Source of the DNA: Candidatus Kuenenia stuttgartensis
GTDB lineage: Bacteria; Planctomycetota; Brocadiia; Brocadiales; Brocadiaceae
Assembly (NCBI RefSeq): GCF_900232105.1
Contig: NZ_LT934425.1
Coordinates: 3,690,001-3,722,000 of the forward strand
Length of the DNA: 32,000 nucleotides
Direction: 5' to 3'
Shown here: piece after piece, positions 27,267 to 32,000 of the stretch
Layout of the letters: every line of letters begins with the position of its first letter
Numbering within the stretch: position 1 is the stretch's first letter
Program-made: the position numbers and the translations under genes
Notes under the pieces: generated by a model
The model's input: only the letters and a program-made list of their open reading frames with translations
The model's database searches: none
Told to the model about the DNA's origin: nothing

Positions 27267-27584
27267 ATGTCTGTATTGATAGTGGGCGGCGATCATCTGG
27301 GGAGTATTCCAAAGGAGCTTGATAAAATAGGGGTGAATGATATAAAACATCTGGCTGGGAGAAGCAATCAAAAGATGCGAAACAGCATTCCTGAGTCAAT
27401 GGATTTTATTATTGTATTGTGTGATTACGTGAACCATAACCTTTCACACAAAATTAAAGAGTATGCAAGTTTGAAGGAAATACCTGTTGTTTATGCAAAA
27501 AGATCATGGTCGTCCATTTATCAAAAGATAAAGGATAACCAGTGTCAGCTTAAAAAGAAGGGGTTGCTGTTCCCACTTAATTAA
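27267..27584 (+). CDS. DUF2325 family protein
   Basis: MSVLIVGGDHLGSIPKELDKIGVNDIKHLAGRSNQKMRNSIPESMDFIIVLCDYVNHNLSHKIKEYASLKEIPVVYAKRSWSSI matches the family layout. Confidence 0.8.
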   Translation: MSVLIVGGDHLGSIPKELDKIGVNDIKHLAGRSNQKMRNSIPESMDFIIVLCDYVNHNLSHKIKEYASLKEIPVVYAKRSWSSIYQKIKDNQCQLKKKGLLFPLN

Positions 27585-27605
27585 ACGTATAGGAATTTTC
27601 AATAT

Positions 27606-27640
27606 TTTTGTAGAGACGCATTACATGCGTCTCTACAAAA
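27606..27640. repeat. Hairpin TTTTGTAGAGACGCAT-TAC-ATGCGTCTCTACAAAA (REP-like; may act as terminator)
   Basis: Perfect 16-bp stem, 3-nt loop, 21 bp after the DUF2325 gene stop. Confidence 0.85.
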
Positions 27641-27743
27641 AATGTTATGGAATTTCAAAGTTGTAGAACGAAGCGATTGCTTCGTTACGAGCGAAGTGGT
27701 GCTTTGCTTTGCATTGATGTATTGGAGTTTCAAATTTTTAGTC

Positions 27744-27871
27744 AAGCAATGAACAAACTCACCCATTAATCCCCTCCCAAGAAGGGACTTGTCAAATTCC
27801 CCTCTTGGGAGGGGCCAGGGGGTGAGTAAAATTGAATGCCGTTGGTTTTTGTCTTTTAAAAACTCAACTTA
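27744..27871. repeat. Dispersed ~128-bp intergenic repeat, copy B
   Basis: AAGCAATGAACAAACTCACCC...GGGACTTGTCAAATTCCCCTCTTGGGAGGGG...GGGGGTGAGTAAA...GCCGTTGGTTTTTGTCTTTTAAAAACTCAACTTAA; matches 5888..6015. Confidence 0.85.
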
Positions 27872-27995
27872 AAAGAAACAATTCTCATTTTCTCGCTAAA
27901 AAGAGGGGATAAAGAGGGGGCAGTGGGTTAAATAGTTATAAAAATTACTAATGTTTGGTGAACCATGAGGAGCAGTTATTGATTAAAGTAATATT

Positions 27996-28658
27996 ATGAC
28001 AAGACAAAAGGCAAATATCCATGAAGTAATTGATATTGTCGTAAATATTTTAAATGCAAGGGATCCATACACCTCTATTCATTCATGGCGCGTTGCTGAA
28101 TTGTCAGTGATGATTGCAAATGAAATGGCATTGCCGGAGAATGAAAAAGAAATAATACATATAGCAGCACATTTGCACGATATAGGCAAGATAGGTATAT
28201 GCGATAAGATATTAAATAAACCTGGAAAACTGACCATTGAAGAAAAAAAAGAAATACAGGCACATCCACGGATAGGTTGTAATATTCTGAAAAGATTGCC
28301 GTTGTTTGGGGATATATCATGGATAGTGCTTCACCATCATGAACGTTTTGACGGACTGGGTTATCCGGAAGGCATTAAAGGGGGAGGCATTCCTCTGGCC
28401 TCGAGAATAATTTCTGTGGCAGACGCCGTTGATGCAATAATTGCAGGCCGTTCCTATAGAAGGGCAAAAAACATAGAGGAATGTTTCGGGGAGATTGAGC
28501 TTCATACCGGGAGCCAGTTTTGTCCAACAGTAATAAGCCACATGATGAAGATACAAAATGAAATAGAAGTGGTATTAAATAAATTAAAAACAGAAGAAAT
28601 AAAACATTATGCCTTTGTGGGGCATGAAGAATTAATGCACTCAAGGAGATTGATTTAG
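27996..28658 (+). CDS. HD-GYP-type phosphohydrolase (putative c-di-GMP phosphodiesterase)
   Basis: IHSWRVAELSVMIANEM, AAHLHDIGKIGICDKILNKPGKLT, HPRIGCNILKRLPLFGDISWIVLHHHERFDGLGYPEGIKGGGIPLASRIISVADAVDAI. Confidence 0.9.
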   Translation: MTRQKANIHEVIDIVVNILNARDPYTSIHSWRVAELSVMIANEMALPENEKEIIHIAAHLHDIGKIGICDKILNKPGKLTIEEKKEIQAHPRIGCNILKRLPLFGDISWIVLHHHERFDGLGYPEGIKGGGIPLASRIISVADAVDAIIAGRSYRRAKNIEECFGEIELHTGSQFCPTVISHMMKIQNEIEVVLNKLKTEEIKHYAFVGHEELMHSRRLI

Positions 28659-28660
28659 TT

Positions 28661-30952
28661 ATGAAATATAATACTACTCTAAAGATAACCATTGTGTTTT
28701 TCATTGTATCTGTTTTTCTTTGCAAGGGCGCCTTTGCCGGTGTTTCATATACGTTGAGCAGAAATGCGGACTTTTCTACGGATGACAGGGCTTTTCTCGC
28801 CACGGATACCCTCTTTGTGAAGATATCACAAAATAAGTATGACTATCATGACGTTACAAAATCTGTTTTTACTTTAAAAGAAAAGGGTAAAAACTCAAAA
28901 AATGAATTTGAATTAACCTGGAATACGGCTCAAAGCGCGTTCACAGGTTCAGTTTCGTTCGGTGATTATGAGGTTGGCAAAAAAATAACAATCAAGATAC
29001 TACTGGAATGGAAAGATTATAAAATCAGAAAAAAAGCGCGTCTTGTGGTAGGTACGTATGAAACGTGGGAGATTGCCGGAACCGTTTATGATAAATATTC
29101 AGGTAATATAAAAGATGCCCGGGTAAGGATACAGGGGATGGCGGATATTAATAAAAATGATGAGAGCTATTATCCGGAAGATGAAGCACACTATGTGCTC
29201 TCTGACGAAGACGGAAGTTTTTTAATTACATACGAGGGCATTTCCGGACAGGAAGTCATAGTTGCCGCAGGCAAAGAAGGATTTAAAAATGCGGGTAAAG
29301 AAATAATTTTGGGGGAGGATGATTTTGCAGAGATTGCCCTTTCAACGTTTCCGGAGAAAGACCATTCTGATTATGAATACCGGACGAGTAAAAATTGTAA
29401 AAAGTGTCACAGTAATATTTATAATGAATGGAATGACAGCGAGATGGCAGCCTCGGCGATGAATCCGATAAATCAACTGAACTTTCTTTTATATACCGCA
29501 TGGTACGTGACGGGTGACCGCTCAAATTTTGAAGATGATTCAATCTTTAACGATCCGAATCCTGAATTTGTAGGCGATAAGGGGAAAATATTTGAAGACG
29601 ACACCGGCAGATATAAGATTCTCGGAGACGCGGGGAATCTTCACGATTGCGCTGATTGTCATTCTCCTTCGTTTGCATCCGGTTTACAGGGCGACGGTAA
29701 GACACCAAAATGGGATATGAGGGCAGGTGTTTTGACTGATGTTGATAATTTATCTTCAATAGACAAACAGGGTGTTCATTGTGATTTTTGTCATAAGATT
29801 CAAAATGTGCATGATGGGGAAGAGTATTGGACGGAACCAGGCGTGAATTATAAAGTTGACCTTTTACGTCCCGATCCTTCCCTGGAATCCTCAAAAGAGG
29901 GGAAGGTGATGTTTGGGCCTTTTGACGATGTTACATATAAAAGTATGCAGGCATCGTACGTTCCTCTGTTTAAAAAGAGTGAAATATGCACCTCCTGCCA
30001 TCAGGATGCACGGAAATTATATTTACAACCGGTAGACGAAAATGATCAACCTACGGGCGAAGAAACCATTGAGAGAATATTATGGAGTGAAGATACATAT
30101 CGCGAATGGAGATTTAGCGGTTATAGCGGATTGGAAGAAGATTATCCGGTAAACAATTATGCAGGGCGGGCGCTGCAGTGTCAGGATTGCCATATGAAAG
30201 ACCCACCCCCTGACCCCGCAACGGGCAAATCTATTGCAAATTATAAAGAGGTCACAGATTCATTTTATATGTTGTCCGAAGACAAAAAGCAGTCGGGGAC
30301 CAGCCGCGACCCCAGAACCATATATCCTCACCATTTTGAAGGAACCAATCAAAACCTTCCGGTTGGCGAAAAGAAACGATATCTTGATTGGGCGGTGGAT
30401 CTTTCAGTTTCGAATGCCAGTGTCACTGATGGTATTGTCAGTTTTGATGTGGATGTGAAAAATTCACATACGGGTCATGCTTACCCATCCGGTGTTACGC
30501 AACGAAATGTCGTTTTATATGTGGAAGTAACGCAAACAGGAAATTCTCTTAGTCAAACCAATGATCAAGTCGTTGATACCCCGGGAGGAAATTTCCCGAA
30601 TGGCTATTATAATGGTGAAGGAGACTATGCAGGGAAGTCGGGCAAAATATTCATAAAACATAACAGGATGCTTGAAGATAACAAGGATCTGGATCCTTTT
30701 TTCAATGATATATTGTATGCCTTTGCCGTTGAGGAATTGTACGATACGCGCATCAAGGCGAATGAGACAGACACCACACACTATGAGTTCCAAACACTGG
30801 ACAACAGCACAATAACCATCACTGCAAGGCTTATTTACCGCTTTTATCCGAAAGGAACGCTTGAATTTGCGGCGCAAAACGGATATGTGATTTCTTCCCT
30901 GGAGGAAAATGATTATGAATCGCATAAAGTGGAAATAACCGTAGAGCCGTAA
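28661..30952 (+). CDS. Secreted multiheme (five CxxCH) cytochrome c with carboxypeptidase-regulatory/Ig-like domain
   Basis: CKKCH, CADCH, CDFCH, CTSCH, CQDCH; IAGTVYDKYSGNIKDARVRIQG...VLSDEDGSFLITYEG. Confidence 0.85.
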   Translation: MKYNTTLKITIVFFIVSVFLCKGAFAGVSYTLSRNADFSTDDRAFLATDTLFVKISQNKYDYHDVTKSVFTLKEKGKNSKNEFELTWNTAQSAFTGSVSFGDYEVGKKITIKILLEWKDYKIRKKARLVVGTYETWEIAGTVYDKYSGNIKDARVRIQGMADINKNDESYYPEDEAHYVLSDEDGSFLITYEGISGQEVIVAAGKEGFKNAGKEIILGEDDFAEIALSTFPEKDHSDYEYRTSKNCKKCHSNIYNEWNDSEMAASAMNPINQLNFLLYTAWYVTGDRSNFEDDSIFNDPNPEFVGDKGKIFEDDTGRYKILGDAGNLHDCADCHSPSFASGLQGDGKTPKWDMRAGVLTDVDNLSSIDKQGVHCDFCHKIQNVHDGEEYWTEPGVNYKVDLLRPDPSLESSKEGKVMFGPFDDVTYKSMQASYVPLFKKSEICTSCHQDARKLYLQPVDENDQPTGEETIERILWSEDTYREWRFSGYSGLEEDYPVNNYAGRALQCQDCHMKDPPPDPATGKSIANYKEVTDSFYMLSEDKKQSGTSRDPRTIYPHHFEGTNQNLPVGEKKRYLDWAVDLSVSNASVTDGIVSFDVDVKNSHTGHAYPSGVTQRNVVLYVEVTQTGNSLSQTNDQVVDTPGGNFPNGYYNGEGDYAGKSGKIFIKHNRMLEDNKDLDPFFNDILYAFAVEELYDTRIKANETDTTHYEFQTLDNSTITITARLIYRFYPKGTLEFAAQNGYVISSLEENDYESHKVEITVEP

Positions 30953-31228
30953 AATGGATATCCGTGAAGGTGCGTTACTGAACAAAAAAATTAAGAACAA
31001 ATTCGAATGTCGAATCACGAAATTCAAGACAAATACTAAATTAAAATGTTTGAATGCCCAAAACATTGCAATTATCGGGATTTTTCAAAAAACTCTTTGC
31101 GGGTTCAGAAGCGCCACATACATTTTATGGTTAAATTGCCTATATAAAACGTGGGGTTCAGGTCACAGACCTGAACCCGCTTGGAGATCGCATAAATTGG
31201 AAATAACTGTAGAGCCGTAAAATGGATA
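30920..31228. repeat. 41-bp direct repeat pair (30920-30960 / 31188-31228) duplicating the 3' end of the cytochrome gene
   Basis: TCGCATAAAGTGGAAATAACCGTAGAGCCGTAAAATGGATA versus TCGCATAAATTGGAAATAACTGTAGAGCCGTAAAATGGATA; 39/41 identical. Confidence 0.9.
31154..31178. repeat. Hairpin GGGTTCAGGTC-ACA-GACCTGAACCC
   Basis: Perfect 11-bp stem. Confidence 0.85.
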
Positions 31229-31272
31229 CCAAGGATTTACATATTTTAAATAAAATCCATTACAAGGGGTGG

Positions 31273-31297
31273 CACGGACAAACTCTGTTTGTCCGTG
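31273..31297. repeat. Hairpin CACGGACAAAC-TCT-GTTTGTCCGTG
   Basis: Perfect 11-bp stem; same family as 15938..15964. Confidence 0.85.
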
Positions 31298-31525
31298 ATT
31301 TTTCCGTGGAGTAGTTTCTTGGATCTGATTCAATTGTCCAAAATTGAACCGAAACTTTTTGCACTGTTTATGGTTTTTTTCACGGCTTTTTACCATTCAC
31401 AGCCAATGGTACTGTAAAAAACATCCGGTTCAATCTGAAAACAGGAAGGATACAAAGTGTTTGTAAAAGATGGATATATCTGTTACTATTTTTACTTTTC
31501 AACGAAGACAAAGGGATTGTCGTAA

Positions 31526-31996
31526 ATGAAACGGAATGTTGCCTTATTAATGATCACTTTTTTTGCTTTCATAGCACTTGCCGGTTGCGCTACAGGACAA
31601 TGGGGACGAAGGAATTTAACCAATGTTTCACGGTATGTCAACGGCGATGCAGCATCGGTTTGGGAGGCGGTTGATCAGGCGCTTATTGGAATACGCGTGA
31701 AAGAGAAGAATGTAGAAAAAGGACTTCTGATAACTGACTGGGTTAGTGGCTATTCCACAACACAGAACATGGGAGTGCTTTTGGAGGGGCGATGGCACGA
31801 ACGTTACCGTTTATTCATTACCGTTGTGCCGGAGCAAAACAAAACCTATCTTTCGATAGGATCTCAGGTGGAACAGAAGGCTCCTGGCGGAACGCGCGCG
31901 TATCGCTGGGACCGCATTCCGTCAAATGGACTCCCCGAACAAATGATCCTTGATAGGGTTGAACAGATTCTTAGTGCAATGGAGCAGGCACCTTGA
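31526..31996 (+). CDS. Lipoprotein, NlpB/BamC-like outer-membrane assembly lipoprotein
   Basis: Lipobox ALAGCATG; VWEAVDQALIGIRVKEKNVEKGLLITDWVSG...RYRLFITVVPEQNKTYLSIGSQVEQK. Confidence 0.65.
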   Translation: MKRNVALLMITFFAFIALAGCATGQWGRRNLTNVSRYVNGDAASVWEAVDQALIGIRVKEKNVEKGLLITDWVSGYSTTQNMGVLLEGRWHERYRLFITVVPEQNKTYLSIGSQVEQKAPGGTRAYRWDRIPSNGLPEQMILDRVEQILSAMEQAP

Positions 31997-32000
31997 AACA

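Noticed and set aside
1-32000. tRNA/rRNA genes
   Set aside because: No cloverleaf-like GGTTCRANYCC context or rRNA signature was noticed by eye on either strand; tRNAscan/Infernal would be the decisive check.

Overview
This 32-kb window looks like an anammox-type planctomycete chromosome (Brocadia/Kuenenia-like; inferred from gene content, not from a database search). I read it as follows. (1) Partial minus-strand cyclase/kynurenine-formamidase-like gene at the left edge. (2) DUF1573 protein and a metallophosphatase-like/tetraheme cytochrome fusion. (3) Glycogen/sugar-nucleotide block galT-glgA-[PAS/GAF histidine kinase]-[single-domain receiver]-glgC. (4) Porin, FAD-dependent UGM-like oxidoreductase and ArnT/PMT-like membrane glycosyltransferase. 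(5) Two carboxypeptidase-regulatory-like (Ig-like) secreted proteins and a duplicated planctomycete-type cytochrome with Gly/Ser tail. (6) IS1634-like insertion sequence with recognisable inverted ends. (7) CDF cation transporter. (8) The centrepiece: a secreted encapsulin (HK97-fold shell) whose N-terminus carries a signal peptide and two CxxCH heme motifs. It sits 3 bp upstream of an 852-aa cupredoxin(NirK/MCO-like)-octaheme HAO-like fusion enzyme, its presumptive cargo. This is a putative extracytoplasmic redox nanocompartment. (9) Flippase-like membrane protein, DUF2325 protein, HD-GYP protein, pentaheme cytochrome with Ig-like domain, and BamC/NlpB-like lipoprotein. Beyond genes, I see three copies of a Fur-like 7-1-7 palindrome (TGAGANTGAGTCTCA), two of them just downstream of good TTGACA-N16-TANNAT promoters. 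Several families of dispersed intergenic hairpins/repeats and an unannotated 25-aa candidate microprotein are also present.
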